Assembly: GCA_965116795.1 (NCBI GenBank)
Contig: OZ220716.1
Location: forward strand, 224,001 to 288,000
DNA length: 64,000 nt
Reading direction: 5' to 3'
DNA from: Gammaproteobacteria bacterium
GTDB taxonomy: Bacteria; Pseudomonadota; Gammaproteobacteria; JAJFKG01
This document shows positions 36,267 through 46,568 of this stretch, piece by piece (position 1 is the first letter of the stretch; each line of letters starts with the position of its first letter). The notes under the pieces are model-generated. The model had not been told where the DNA came from. It worked only from the letters and a program-made list of their open reading frames with translations, and did no database searches. Both the position numbers and the translations under genes were made by a program.

Positions 36267-37889
36267 CTAGAAGAAGTAATCAAGTACAAACGTAACAGTA
36301 TTACTCTGTCTTCCAGTCGGCCTTATCAACGTTTGTGGACCATTTCTAACATTACCGCCAGCAGTATCACTATTGCGATAATTCATATCGTAGCGATATT
36401 CAAGGCTGGCTAAGGTATTACGCCATACGGAATAACTCAATGTAGTTGAGATCCGATCGCGTGGAATACTTAACGCTAATGCTTCCCATGAACGATCGTA
36501 ACCGACTGCAAATGATCCAGGACGATTATAAAAAGCGAAGTTATACGCACCTTCTATGTGCATCGCACCTGGATTTGCACCATGACCATTGTATGTCATA
36601 TCGCTCCTAGAGAATGAACTCAATCCACTCACATAATCACCAATAATCGTAAACGGCCCATAATTAATATTACCTTGAATATCAATACCTGGCACACGGT
36701 GCTTAAGCCGTTCCGTACTCGAGTTAGCACCAAAACCACTAAATTGATTAGAGGTATCGATACCATTGGACTGCATGCCATTAGAGTCAGCAATGTTAGA
36801 GATCACACTCACACTACCTGCTGTTTTAAACGTTCCATTACGATAGCGATAACCAATATTGGCACCACCTTCATCAATGTTACGATCTTTTTGTACACGG
36901 CTATCACCACTAAATGTGTAAACCGATGCATATAACCCAGTGTTATTAGTAATACCATCGTAACCTAACACAGCACCACGTACCTTAGCACGACCAAGCA
37001 CCTTAGTTAACGGACTGCTATACATGTAACTGCTGTATTGACCAAACGGTGCATATAGTTGCCCAAGACTGAAATATATGGGTGATCGCTCTAAGTTACC
37101 CACTGTTAAAAAGCCTTGGCCTAGACCAAAATTCGAATTGCCAGCACGTCGACCGCTACCGGTGGTTGCACCGGGCAAACTGCTATTGTCATATTCCAAC
37201 GTCATGTAACCCAATAACCATGGATAAACTAATGCAGCCACATCTATTTCAGCTGCAGCCAAATCGACATCACTGGTTTTAGTCTTATCATAACCACGTG
37301 AGAATGCCGCTACTCCTTCTAACTCACCACTAAGCGCTAACACTGAATAATGCTCTGCTGGTTTTTGCGCATCATCTACTTCTTTATTAATATTTTTGCG
37401 CATTTGCAGCAATACGATATCCTTATTAACACTAGAAGTATTAACTAACATATCCGATCCATCAAATTGTGGCTGTGGACCAAAGTAAGGCGATGTCACC
37501 ACTGTTGTACCGCGAATATCCATCCAACGTGTGACTTGTTTCGCTGTATCAAGCTGTGAACCCAAGGTACCTTCTGGATTGCTGCGCAACACATCACCCG
37601 AGCCTTTGCCATGATGTTTGCTATGGTGCGATACAGCTTTAGTATGTTTTGTAGATGTGTTAGTTGTCGTCCGTTGCCCAACTAGTTGCGCTTGTTGCTG
37701 TTTTAATTCTCGCAACTGCACTTGTAGAGCGCGCATTTGTTTTTCCAATGCTGCTGTTTGTGTGCTAATGCGCTGTATCGATGCATCCCTATCTTGCTCA
37801 TTTGGTGCACCGCTAGCAGTAGCAAATGATAGTATTGCTATTACTGAAATAAATAATGCAACTAAACAACTGATTTTACGTTGTTGCAT
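36267..37889 (-). CDS. LbtU-like outer-membrane porin
   Basis: Signal peptide, coiled coil, LSGELEG, GQLYAPFGQY, beta strands, terminal aromatic DYFF. Confidence 0.75.
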   Translation of the reverse strand: MQQRKISCLVALFISVIAILSFATASGAPNEQDRDASIQRISTQTAALEKQMRALQVQLRELKQQQAQLVGQRTTTNTSTKHTKAVSHHSKHHGKGSGDVLRSNPEGTLGSQLDTAKQVTRWMDIRGTTVVTSPYFGPQPQFDGSDMLVNTSSVNKDIVLLQMRKNINKEVDDAQKPAEHYSVLALSGELEGVAAFSRGYDKTKTSDVDLAAAEIDVAALVYPWLLGYMTLEYDNSSLPGATTGSGRRAGNSNFGLGQGFLTVGNLERSPIYFSLGQLYAPFGQYSSYMYSSPLTKVLGRAKVRGAVLGYDGITNNTGLYASVYTFSGDSRVQKDRNIDEGGANIGYRYRNGTFKTAGSVSVISNIADSNGMQSNGIDTSNQFSGFGANSSTERLKHRVPGIDIQGNINYGPFTIIGDYVSGLSSFSRSDMTYNGHGANPGAMHIEGAYNFAFYNRPGSFAVGYDRSWEALALSIPRDRISTTLSYSVWRNTLASLEYRYDMNYRNSDTAGGNVRNGPQTLIRPTGRQSNTVTFVLDYFF

Positions 37890-38138
37890 GACATCCCCCT
37901 AATACTTTTCGATTGTATTTTGCCTACAAATTAAGCCATGGCTTAACCAGAAGAGCGATCTTCTACGGAAAGAAAATGAAATGCAAGCTTTGATGCGGTG
38001 TTTAGCTAAATACAAAATGCATAGGTGGCAATTATGGTACCAATGTGCTTGATTTATGGACTAATATTGCGACTTGCATCCACAACCAACTCTGCAGTAG
38101 TCTAATTGTTCGTTCTATCCCACAAAAAGGGTAACCAC

Positions 38139-39197
38139 ATGCAATCCATTTCATTGCAACAGCCAGATGACTGGCACTGCCATTTGCGCGATGGCCATTT
38201 TCTCAATATTACCGTCCCTGCCAGCGCACAACATTTTAATCGGGTTATTGTGATGCCAAACTTAGTGACACCAGTGACCACTTGCGCACAGGCATTAGCC
38301 TATCGAGAACGTATCCTAGCTGCAGCAAAACAGGCTAATACACCATTTGACCCATTGATGACACTTTATTTAACTGATACGACATCGGTAACTGACATCA
38401 TGGAAACCCAACAACACGATAAGATCGTTGCTGCTAAATTATATCCTGCTGGCGCAACCACGTTATCGGATGCCGGTGTGCAGCATGTTCAGCAACTTTA
38501 CCCACTATTTTCTGCTATGCAAGATATCGATATGCCGTTGTTAATACACGGTGAGGTGGTTGATGCTAACATCGATATTTTCGATCGCGAACAACGATTC
38601 ATTGACAGCGTACTAGCACCCATCGTCGATACGTTTCCTAAACTACGGGTTGTGTTAGAACACATTACTACACGCGATGCGGTTCAATTTATTCAACAAG
38701 CCCCAGCAACAGTTGGTGCAACCATTACCATACACCATTTATTGCTAAATCGTAACGACATGTTAGTTGGTGGCATTCGCCCACACTATTATTGCTTACC
38801 CATTTTAAAGGCACAGCAACATCAATATGCCTTACAACAAGCAGCATTAAGTGGTGATCCACATTTCTTTTTAGGAACAGATAGTGCGCCGCATACTAAA
38901 CAACATAAAGAAAGCGCATGCGGTTGTGCTGGGATTTTTACTGCACCAGTGGCAATGGCGTTATACACAGAATTCTTTGCGAAACACAATGCGTTAGACA
39001 AATTAGAAGACTTTTGCAGCCGACTTGGTGCAAACTTTTATAAACTGCCATGTAATCAGCGTTCAATTTGTATTGAACATAAATCGTGGACAGTGCCTAC
39101 CACCTATATCACCGATGATAACGATACGATTATTCCATTTCGTGCGGGTGATACACTAGACTGGCAAGTCCTAAATACTAGGCACGACCAATTGTAA
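38139..39197 (+). CDS. pyrC: Dihydroorotase (homodimeric type)
   Basis: DDWHCHLRD, MPNL, KLYPAGATT, FLGTDSAPH. Confidence 0.97.
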   Translation: MQSISLQQPDDWHCHLRDGHFLNITVPASAQHFNRVIVMPNLVTPVTTCAQALAYRERILAAAKQANTPFDPLMTLYLTDTTSVTDIMETQQHDKIVAAKLYPAGATTLSDAGVQHVQQLYPLFSAMQDIDMPLLIHGEVVDANIDIFDREQRFIDSVLAPIVDTFPKLRVVLEHITTRDAVQFIQQAPATVGATITIHHLLLNRNDMLVGGIRPHYYCLPILKAQQHQYALQQAALSGDPHFFLGTDSAPHTKQHKESACGCAGIFTAPVAMALYTEFFAKHNALDKLEDFCSRLGANFYKLPCNQRSICIEHKSWTVPTTYITDDNDTIIPFRAGDTLDWQVLNTRHDQL

Positions 39198-39965
39198 TTC
39201 GTCATTGACGAAGTGATAGTGTTGCTTATCATGATAAAAATGATCGATTAACGGTTGTCGTGGGCACACATCTTTATCAATGCTAACTAATTCATATCCA
39301 TATTTATCGACCTGTGTACTGCCACGAAATGCGCTTGCTAATGCTTGCTTGGGCAATGTAAGTGCGACATAAGCATCGGTGGTTAGATCACCACGTGCCG
39401 CTAATACTGCTAACATATCGGTTTTGCTCGTATAAATAGGCCGGGCTTGTAATAGTTTGTAGATATTATGCAACTGTGAAATCCAGGTTGTTAATGTATT
39501 ACCTGTTGTTTGATATAAATGTACAAATACCATCACGGTATTGTTGTGTCCTTCTCTTTTTGAATGATAATGTTGCTGCTGTTCAGTATTTTTTGACGCT
39601 AATTTTGGCAATCCAACTGTTGACTCTTGATCGTTTTCTAATGTTTGCAAACGTTGGTATAACGCTTGTAGAAATTTTCCAGGCTGCCATTTCCCTATTT
39701 CGATTACATGTTTGATCACAGTATGAAATTGATGCTGAATATCAATTGCATTGCTAGTGCTATCTAATAGAGTTTCTAACCTTGCAATAGCATTATTAAC
39801 TAACGCAAGATTATGCTGACAACATTCAAGTGTATTCATGTTAATAGTTGTATTAGCACGCTGGTTTTCTAAAGTTGTTACTAAATTTAACAATAATCTA
39901 GCAATATCGGCTAATGCTGCTTTGGCTTGGGCACAGCGATGCAATACTTGATTTATATTAGTCAT
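39171..39965 (-). CDS. icmQ: Dot/Icm protein IcmQ with an N-terminal extension
   Basis: IGKW...FLQ, VFVHLYQTTG..L..W, RPIY, AYVAL, VDKYG match recalled IcmQ motifs; follows icmS. Confidence 0.8.
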   Translation of the reverse strand: MTNINQVLHRCAQAKAALADIARLLLNLVTTLENQRANTTINMNTLECCQHNLALVNNAIARLETLLDSTSNAIDIQHQFHTVIKHVIEIGKWQPGKFLQALYQRLQTLENDQESTVGLPKLASKNTEQQQHYHSKREGHNNTVMVFVHLYQTTGNTLTTWISQLHNIYKLLQARPIYTSKTDMLAVLAARGDLTTDAYVALTLPKQALASAFRGSTQVDKYGYELVSIDKDVCPRQPLIDHFYHDKQHYHFVNDELQLVVPSI

Positions 39966-40299
39966 ACAACAACTCGTCTAAAGCAACTTTATTACGTGCG
40001 GGTGCTGCTTTGACAATTTCATTTAACACATCAATGATGCACAATAAACGCAATACTTCGGGTGTTGAAGTATCAAACTTAACTTGTACCCCTAAACGAC
40101 TGTCAGGAGCTTCATCGAATGTTGCACCAATTCCATAACCCAAACACAATGAACACAATTGATCAGCACGACGTGCTAAGGCAGGTAATAACCCATCATC
40201 TGCAAAAATTTTATCATAACCAATGAATTGGTTATTTAACGTGAAGCTCGCATTCAGTGATTTCGCTAATCGAGTTAATTGTTTTAATCTATCTGACAT
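39958..40299 (-). CDS. icmS: Dot/Icm adaptor IcmS
   Basis: FTLN, GLLPALARRADQLCSLCLGYGIG, LDELLYD. Confidence 0.95.
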   Translation of the reverse strand: MSDRLKQLTRLAKSLNASFTLNNQFIGYDKIFADDGLLPALARRADQLCSLCLGYGIGATFDEAPDSRLGVQVKFDTSTPEVLRLLCIIDVLNEIVKAAPARNKVALDELLYD

Positions 40300-40313
40300 G
40301 GGTTACGATTGCC

Positions 40314-40577
40314 TTATTGATCTAACCACCAAGGAGTGACGACACGACGTTTACCTGCCAACGTTACACGCAACCAACGCCAAAATACATTCACAGTAAA
40401 CCCATAACGCTCTAGTGCTGCAAAAAATAACGTTGCTAACAATGCCAATATGAATGTCCACAGATGAATATGAAATAAAAATAATAGAAATGGAAAGGCA
40501 GCTCGACAATCCAAGAGCCCAAAGCGTGCTGCTCTGGCAGAATCGCGCCAATGTGCATCAGATCGGTAGTTTGTCAT
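40314..40577 (-). CDS. icmT: Dot/Icm protein IcmT
   Basis: AHWRDSAR, AAFPFLLFLFHI, ERYGFT..F.RWLR..LAG. Confidence 0.95.
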   Translation of the reverse strand: MTNYRSDAHWRDSARAARFGLLDCRAAFPFLLFLFHIHLWTFILALLATLFFAALERYGFTVNVFWRWLRVTLAGKRRVVTPWWLDQ

Positions 40578-40644
40578 ATGCGTTTATCTTTTACTCACAA
40601 AATATTATGTTGATTTTAACATAAAATAGCTACATTCACTGTCT

Positions 40645-40824
40645 ATAGCTTTTCAGAACACTAAATTGGCTTTTAGGATTCAGATTGGGTTTAGGTAGAC
40701 GGGTTACGATTGAAAAAAAGCGGAGGAATAGTTGAGCTATTTTGAGTATTTTTTGAAAGAGCAACGTGGCTAGATGAGCTCAAGATGAAATGATAAAAGC
40801 CAATTTAGTGTTCTGAAAAGCTAT
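40645..40824. mobile_element. MITE-like element with a 31-bp perfect terminal inverted repeat
   Basis: atagcttttcagaacactaaattggctttta (40645-40675) is the exact reverse complement of 40794-40824; no ORF inside. Confidence 0.8.
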
Positions 40825-40897
40825 GGATAAACTTGACATTTTGCTGCCCGCTTGCTTCAATGCAAGACAATTAAGATCAGTAAAAAAAGCGGTATTT

Positions 40898-41416
40898 ATG
40901 CAGCATTATTATCAAACAGCACGCTTCCCCTATTATCGCCACATCTGTAACTTTTTGTGCTGTATCCTGTTATTTGGATTAACCAGTTGTGCTACTGATG
41001 AGCCAATTGAACTGAAAACAACCAAAACCGATCACACTGGCAATTATCAATTGGCACAAGCAGCCGTTGCAAGCAGTCAGGCATTGACAATGATGGCTGA
41101 AACTGAACAAGCTGCACTCACCCCTAAACAAACACCGGTAATGCCTGAGCCCAAGGCAAAAGCCATGCAACAGCGCGTTTCTATCGATTGGTCAGGGCCA
41201 ATTGCGCCTTTGCTTGAGCAGATTGCTAAGATGACAGGCTATCAATTGGAAATCATCGGCAAACAGCCGGCAATACCGGTATTAGTTGATGTATACGCAC
41301 ACAACCAACCTGTTGGACATATTCTACGTAATGCAACGTATCAAGCATATAGTCGCGCTACGGTTACCCTTGATCAAAAACGTAAACATATTGAGTTACG
41401 TTATGCTAAGGCGTAA
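40898..41416 (+). CDS. dotD: Dot/Icm lipoprotein DotD
   Basis: Lipobox LTSC, SIDWSGPI, G.QPAIPVLV, IELRYAK; the upstream ATG at 40823 lies in the MITE end. Confidence 0.9.
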   Translation: MQHYYQTARFPYYRHICNFLCCILLFGLTSCATDEPIELKTTKTDHTGNYQLAQAAVASSQALTMMAETEQAALTPKQTPVMPEPKAKAMQQRVSIDWSGPIAPLLEQIAKMTGYQLEIIGKQPAIPVLVDVYAHNQPVGHILRNATYQAYSRATVTLDQKRKHIELRYAKA

Positions 41417-42284
41417 ACAACTAATGTGGCGATTATGGTGTTATGTTTTAGCAGCAAGTACTGCCATTTGTATACTCTCTAGCTGCGCCAATCAAACAGC
41501 ACGCTTATCAACAGATAATGTCGATACAACATCATTGAGTAGTTTACAGAATCTATCGACGAGCAAACTGCCAACAGCAGATAATATTAATAAAATTCGT
41601 CTGCAAGCATTACAACAAACTGCGTTAGAAGTCGGTGCACAAGGTGGTTTAGCTAAGCAATCAAATGACATTAATCATGATCTAGTGGCTAAAGCACGTC
41701 AGTTAGATCAAACCTTTAACTTTCATCCAATGATTCTGCACAATAATGTATTACCGCCAGTTTTAGTCGAAGGCCGTACCTTACTTGATCAAAGTGCACC
41801 CGATACGCTACGCATCGCTGATCATACTTATAAAATCGTTAAGCAAGCCCGTTTTATTACAGCTCCTCCAACGTGGCGCACCTATTTATGGATGGATTAC
41901 AAAAAGCCGGCAGCACCCGATCCGACGCTAATCCCACAAACTGTACAAGAAGAAAAAGTATGGAAACGTTATGTTACCCAAGGTTGGCAACAAGGTATAG
42001 AACAAGCAAATACTATCTTTAACGCTAACTTAGCTCGTTTAAAACAAGATTATGCAGGGATGGTATTATATCGCAAGTTATTAGCATTAAAGATGATCAG
42101 TAAACCGTATGTAGCAACCACTGAGTTGGGTATCACTGGCGATCACAAGCAAATAGCGATTAATGATCAACTATTACGGATAACGGCATTACCACAATTA
42201 CAAACTGATAGTGATAAGTGGCGATCAGCGATTATTGACCCACTTAATGATCCAAAAAAATGGAGGCGAGAGACAGGGAAATGA
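41403..42284 (+). CDS. dotC: Dot/Icm lipoprotein DotC
   Basis: Lipobox LSSC, GAQGGL, NVLPPVLVEG, PPTWRTYLWMDY, GMVLYRKLL. Confidence 0.93.
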   Translation: MLRRKQLMWRLWCYVLAASTAICILSSCANQTARLSTDNVDTTSLSSLQNLSTSKLPTADNINKIRLQALQQTALEVGAQGGLAKQSNDINHDLVAKARQLDQTFNFHPMILHNNVLPPVLVEGRTLLDQSAPDTLRIADHTYKIVKQARFITAPPTWRTYLWMDYKKPAAPDPTLIPQTVQEEKVWKRYVTQGWQQGIEQANTIFNANLARLKQDYAGMVLYRKLLALKMISKPYVATTELGITGDHKQIAINDQLLRITALPQLQTDSDKWRSAIIDPLNDPKKWRRETGK

Positions 42285-43426
42285 GTCAACAACACCCCCC
42301 CAATTCAACATTAATACCTAATGAACCCGTGCGCTTTGATGGTAAAGAACTCGATCAATTACTCGCACATTGTATTGGATTAGATGCATCTGATATTACT
42401 ATCCAAACCAATGAAGTCATTTTTGCAGAAATTCATGGCCGTCAAACTCGGATCACTAAACGTGATATCTCTAATACAGAAGTAGGTGATATTATTAATG
42501 GCATTTACGGTTCGAATGCAACGGCACAATTGCTAGGCGGGAATGATTTAGATACCAATTATGAATACCGTCCTAGCCGTGGCGTACGCCATCGTTTTCG
42601 GGTGAATGCTACCAGCTGTCAAGTTGGTGGACATGATGGTATTCAAATTACGTTGCGCACGATTCCACACCAACCACCCACATTAGATTCGCTTGATTTA
42701 CCACCTGCTATTCTAGAAGCAATTGCACCACATCAAGGGATTGTATATGTCACCGGTGCGACTGGTTCGGGTAAAAGTACATTATTAGCATCGATCATCC
42801 GCGAACTGGTTGAACGTGAAGACAGTCATCGCAAAGTATTAACCTATGAAGCACCGATTGAATTTGTTTACGACATGTTAAACAAACCAACGGCCATCAT
42901 TAGTCAAGCAGAAATCCCTCGTCATTTACCCAGTTTTGCTGCCGGTGTACGCAATGCACTACGACGTAGTCCCGGTCTGATTTTGGTGGGAGAATCGCGT
43001 GATACAGAAACGATTTCGGCATCGATTGAAGCTGCATTAACAGGTCATCCAGTGTATACCACTTTACACAGTAACGGTGTCCCAGAAACGATTCGCCGGT
43101 TAGTCGCCAGCTTTCCTGCTGATGAACGTGTTGGACGGATCATCGATATTTTAGAAACGGTACGTTTGGTTATTTGGCAAAAGCTAGTGCCAACGGTTGA
43201 TGGTAAACGTGTTGCATTGCGTGAATATTTAGTGTTTGATGAGCACGTGCGTGACGAATTGATCAGTGCACCAGCTGATCAAATTATTCAACGTACCCGT
43301 GAATTATTACATTCACATGGACAACCAATGATAGTGGACGCCAAACAAAAATTAGCAGCTGGGATCATCGCACAACGTGAATATAATGTGTTGGCAGCAG
43401 GAGCAAAGTTAGCAGACAAATTATAA
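42281..43426 (+). CDS. dotB: Dot/Icm ATPase DotB
   Basis: ASDITIQT, GATGSGKST, TYEAPIEFVYD, GHPVYTTLH, REYLVF. Confidence 0.96.
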   Translation: MSQQHPPNSTLIPNEPVRFDGKELDQLLAHCIGLDASDITIQTNEVIFAEIHGRQTRITKRDISNTEVGDIINGIYGSNATAQLLGGNDLDTNYEYRPSRGVRHRFRVNATSCQVGGHDGIQITLRTIPHQPPTLDSLDLPPAILEAIAPHQGIVYVTGATGSGKSTLLASIIRELVEREDSHRKVLTYEAPIEFVYDMLNKPTAIISQAEIPRHLPSFAAGVRNALRRSPGLILVGESRDTETISASIEAALTGHPVYTTLHSNGVPETIRRLVASFPADERVGRIIDILETVRLVIWQKLVPTVDGKRVALREYLVFDEHVRDELISAPADQIIQRTRELLHSHGQPMIVDAKQKLAAGIIAQREYNVLAAGAKLADKL

Positions 43427-43461
43427 CGTAAACTCACCCTAAAACTCACCCTAATTACCGG

Positions 43462-46400
43462 TTACTCTGTTTTAACCCCTCCCCCTCCTTTTTTATTACC
43501 AATGTATTTCCCACCTTTTTCTATCAAGGCAGAACCCGCAGTGCCACTACTAGAGAGTTTCTGCAAGCCTTCACCACCTGCTCTACCAAGCGGTTCAGTA
43601 CCCGATTTAACTTCACCAAGTGATTGTTGTTCACCCTGTTCAAAGGTAGCATGTTGTCCACCTATCCAACGCAGCACTCGGTTAGACAATTCTGTCATTA
43701 AGCCAAAACTCTTGTTACATAAAATTGTCATTACTAAACTATATATCATGATAACGCCTAATCCAGATAATAACCCTAACTTACTATTAAATACGCTAGC
43801 TACCATGTTTAGAAATCCCATATTAATCACAGCCGATCCAATGTAAATGGCAATCATCGCAATGACAAACCCAAAAATCATTAACATTGGTCGCATAAAC
43901 AATCCGAACGACAATAAGATAGCGGGTCTGGCTTGACCAAACACATCATGTCCCTCGGGAGCAATGACACCTAACGCAACAATCGGCGCGGCAACCATCA
44001 TTTCGATAACTGATAACACCCAACCAAACACACATAGCAAACTTAATATATACGGCATAAACGGTATCCAAATTGACAGCAAGAACCCCGAACCAAATAT
44101 GATGATCATAAGTGGTGCTGTCATTCCTTGTAACCAAGTTATCATACTACTCATGCCTTTCATAATAACACTTGCACCTTCAGCAAGAGTCCCAAACCCA
44201 GGAACAGCTCCGATAGCTGATGCTACACCACCAGCTATTGTTAATCCTTCAATCAATAGTAGACCATTTATCCAAATATCCATGACGCCAGTTAATTGTG
44301 CCCTGCCTAATTGTTGCAACATCAGGATCGGATTAGCTGGACCAGTATTGTCAGCAGCAGTATTGTCTTCAATTTTGCCCCAAAGAGAGTAAACCAGTGT
44401 TTTATTCCACGATTCAACAAGCGCAGCCATACCAAATGTAAAAATATCAAATAAAGTTCGAGTAAAACCACTCATCATTTTGCTGTCAAAATCATATTTG
44501 ATGTCGTATTTTGGTTTTTTATACTGATCTAGTAATGTTGACTCATCATGATTATAGCTATCGACAGTATACTGATGTACTTGGTCATCGCTAGTTGCAA
44601 TATAATCACTTATCGCTGCTTTTATTGTATCAAAATCTCTTTTGTTATCTTTATCCTCAACAACATACATTTTAGTACTAGATATAGACAATGATCTTTT
44701 TTCGGCATGATCCCACTTGGCAAGTTCATAAAAATATTCACCTGCATCTGCCCAGCCTGCGTGTTTGATATGATTTCGGATTGTTTCAGTTGAGTCAGCA
44801 ACATTATCTGTATCAGTATTACTATTTCCTGAGTACAACAGAGCATTATAATCTTGAATCGATTTCACAACACACCCATATTTAGCAACAACGTTATCCT
44901 TTCCACAAACAGTTTCTCCCTCATCATTTGTTTTCTCTCCGCCTTTACCATCATTAGCTGCCAAGCTACTTGCACCTTTCAAATTGTCGTAGATATTTTT
45001 CATTGTGTTGATGATTTTTTTGTTAAAAACATCATCTATTTCAGTACGATAACCTCCCTGACCATCCGGAATTTTTTTAGTTGGCAATGTCCATTTAAGA
45101 CCACCACAGATTGGTTTTTTTGGATTAGTGGCCTTTTCATTATAGTTAATAATTTTGGAGTTAGGGTCGACTTGAGTCGAAGGCCTGTCTAGAACGCCAC
45201 CAAGATTTATTTGGGTTTTGGGATTATACACTTTAATATAGCCTTCTTTGGTGGTGTGTGGATATTCATGTGGCGTAATCTCTCCATTATCATTTGTGTG
45301 ACTAAGCTTAATTGCACATGCTTGCTGTTCATACATCGCTATGATAACTGGATATATTGCACTCATTGCTGCTGGTTGATTAATCGATAACGCACTCATC
45401 GAGTATATTGTTTTTTCATTCACTAATTTATCTACAGCAGTCGACCACATCATGTTAGCCGCTGCTACTCCAGCTAACACGATATACATTACAAGTTTTT
45501 GCGCTAAACAATAACCACCTGCTTGTGGTACTAACATTGCCACGGCTAATGCGGCACGTAATGGGATCCACAACGACTTCCATTCACCCATGACCTTACC
45601 TTCATGAGCTGTAGTTAATGTCCCGATAAACACGATATACATTAAGATAACAACAGCAAACACTAACATCCAACTGTTAAATACTCTGAATAATTCTCCA
45701 ATCACAGATGCACCAAAACTGTCAGGCACATTCGAATTAAACATGCCATCAAAATCACCAAATAATTGTTTTAAGTAACCCAAAGAATAATCAGTAGCAG
45801 GTAAATAATTCGAAATAACTGATAGTAAACCGTGGTAAGTAGTTTGTGTTGATTCTTGTAAATCCGTACTCAAGTCGTATCCAGATGCACTATCTAATAT
45901 AGAAGAGTCACTTCCTATGCCGAGTTCTGCTATTGCCGCTTCCTCATCTTCAGTAGACATAGACGTTTGTATATCGTAATCCTCGCTTACTGTGAAGTCT
46001 CCAGTGTTTTGGTATGGTTGAGTTGTAAACCCATTGTATGGTGACGATGACCCTCCTGATGCACCATACAACTCGGCGTCAGATAGCGTATTCTGTTGTG
46101 TCTGTTGTGCTGGAGGATCATATTGCATTAGTGGGGATTGGGAAATGCTTTGGTCAAGAGCAGAGCCAAATCCAGAATCAACACTAACTTCGTGTGGTTT
46201 GTATTGCGAGCCAGCTCTTGATCGAGTACCACGTGTAACATCCTGTTGCTCTCCGTACTCAAAACTAGGTACTGAAGTTGATAAACCATCATTTGTGGTA
46301 GTTATACCAGATGTCTGCATGGATGAGGCTGCATCAATACTATCTAATGTTTGTTGTATTTGTTCATCATCAATATCCTGAATCAACTCATCTATTTCAG

Positions 46401-46533
46401 CCTCTTCATCTTGTTGAGACTGTGTATAATATGTTGTCAGCCAATTTGGATTTTCAACAGACGAATTAGTATCTGCCAACGCAATCGATGACGCGAACAG
46501 GATTGACAAATATAATAACTGACTTAGTCTCAC
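43462..46533 (-). CDS. dotA: Dot/Icm inner-membrane protein DotA
   Basis: P.TDYS..L..LFG, TAHEG, WIPLR, GW..AG.YF, AAPIVALG..PEGH, RPMLMIFG; downstream of icmV. Confidence 0.92.
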   Translation of the reverse strand: MRLSQLLYLSILFASSIALADTNSSVENPNWLTTYYTQSQQDEEAEIDELIQDIDDEQIQQTLDSIDAASSMQTSGITTTNDGLSTSVPSFEYGEQQDVTRGTRSRAGSQYKPHEVSVDSGFGSALDQSISQSPLMQYDPPAQQTQQNTLSDAELYGASGGSSSPYNGFTTQPYQNTGDFTVSEDYDIQTSMSTEDEEAAIAELGIGSDSSILDSASGYDLSTDLQESTQTTYHGLLSVISNYLPATDYSLGYLKQLFGDFDGMFNSNVPDSFGASVIGELFRVFNSWMLVFAVVILMYIVFIGTLTTAHEGKVMGEWKSLWIPLRAALAVAMLVPQAGGYCLAQKLVMYIVLAGVAAANMMWSTAVDKLVNEKTIYSMSALSINQPAAMSAIYPVIIAMYEQQACAIKLSHTNDNGEITPHEYPHTTKEGYIKVYNPKTQINLGGVLDRPSTQVDPNSKIINYNEKATNPKKPICGGLKWTLPTKKIPDGQGGYRTEIDDVFNKKIINTMKNIYDNLKGASSLAANDGKGGEKTNDEGETVCGKDNVVAKYGCVVKSIQDYNALLYSGNSNTDTDNVADSTETIRNHIKHAGWADAGEYFYELAKWDHAEKRSLSISSTKMYVVEDKDNKRDFDTIKAAISDYIATSDDQVHQYTVDSYNHDESTLLDQYKKPKYDIKYDFDSKMMSGFTRTLFDIFTFGMAALVESWNKTLVYSLWGKIEDNTAADNTGPANPILMLQQLGRAQLTGVMDIWINGLLLIEGLTIAGGVASAIGAVPGFGTLAEGASVIMKGMSSMITWLQGMTAPLMIIIFGSGFLLSIWIPFMPYILSLLCVFGWVLSVIEMMVAAPIVALGVIAPEGHDVFGQARPAILLSFGLFMRPMLMIFGFVIAMIAIYIGSAVINMGFLNMVASVFNSKLGLLSGLGVIMIYSLVMTILCNKSFGLMTELSNRVLRWIGGQHATFEQGEQQSLGEVKSGTEPLGRAGGEGLQKLSSSGTAGSALIEKGGKYIGNKKGGGGVKTE

Positions 46534-46568
46534 TGTATACTCCGAGTGCTTATTGATAGCTGGCTATT

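Noticed and set aside
43430-43453. 12-bp tandem duplication aaactcacccta x2 between the dotB and dotA stops
   Set aside because: There are only two units, most simply explained by slippage, with no evidence of function.
44450-45450. AT-rich divergent middle of dotA as a foreign insertion
   Set aside because: The large periplasmic region of DotA is known to be highly variable, and the frame is intact.
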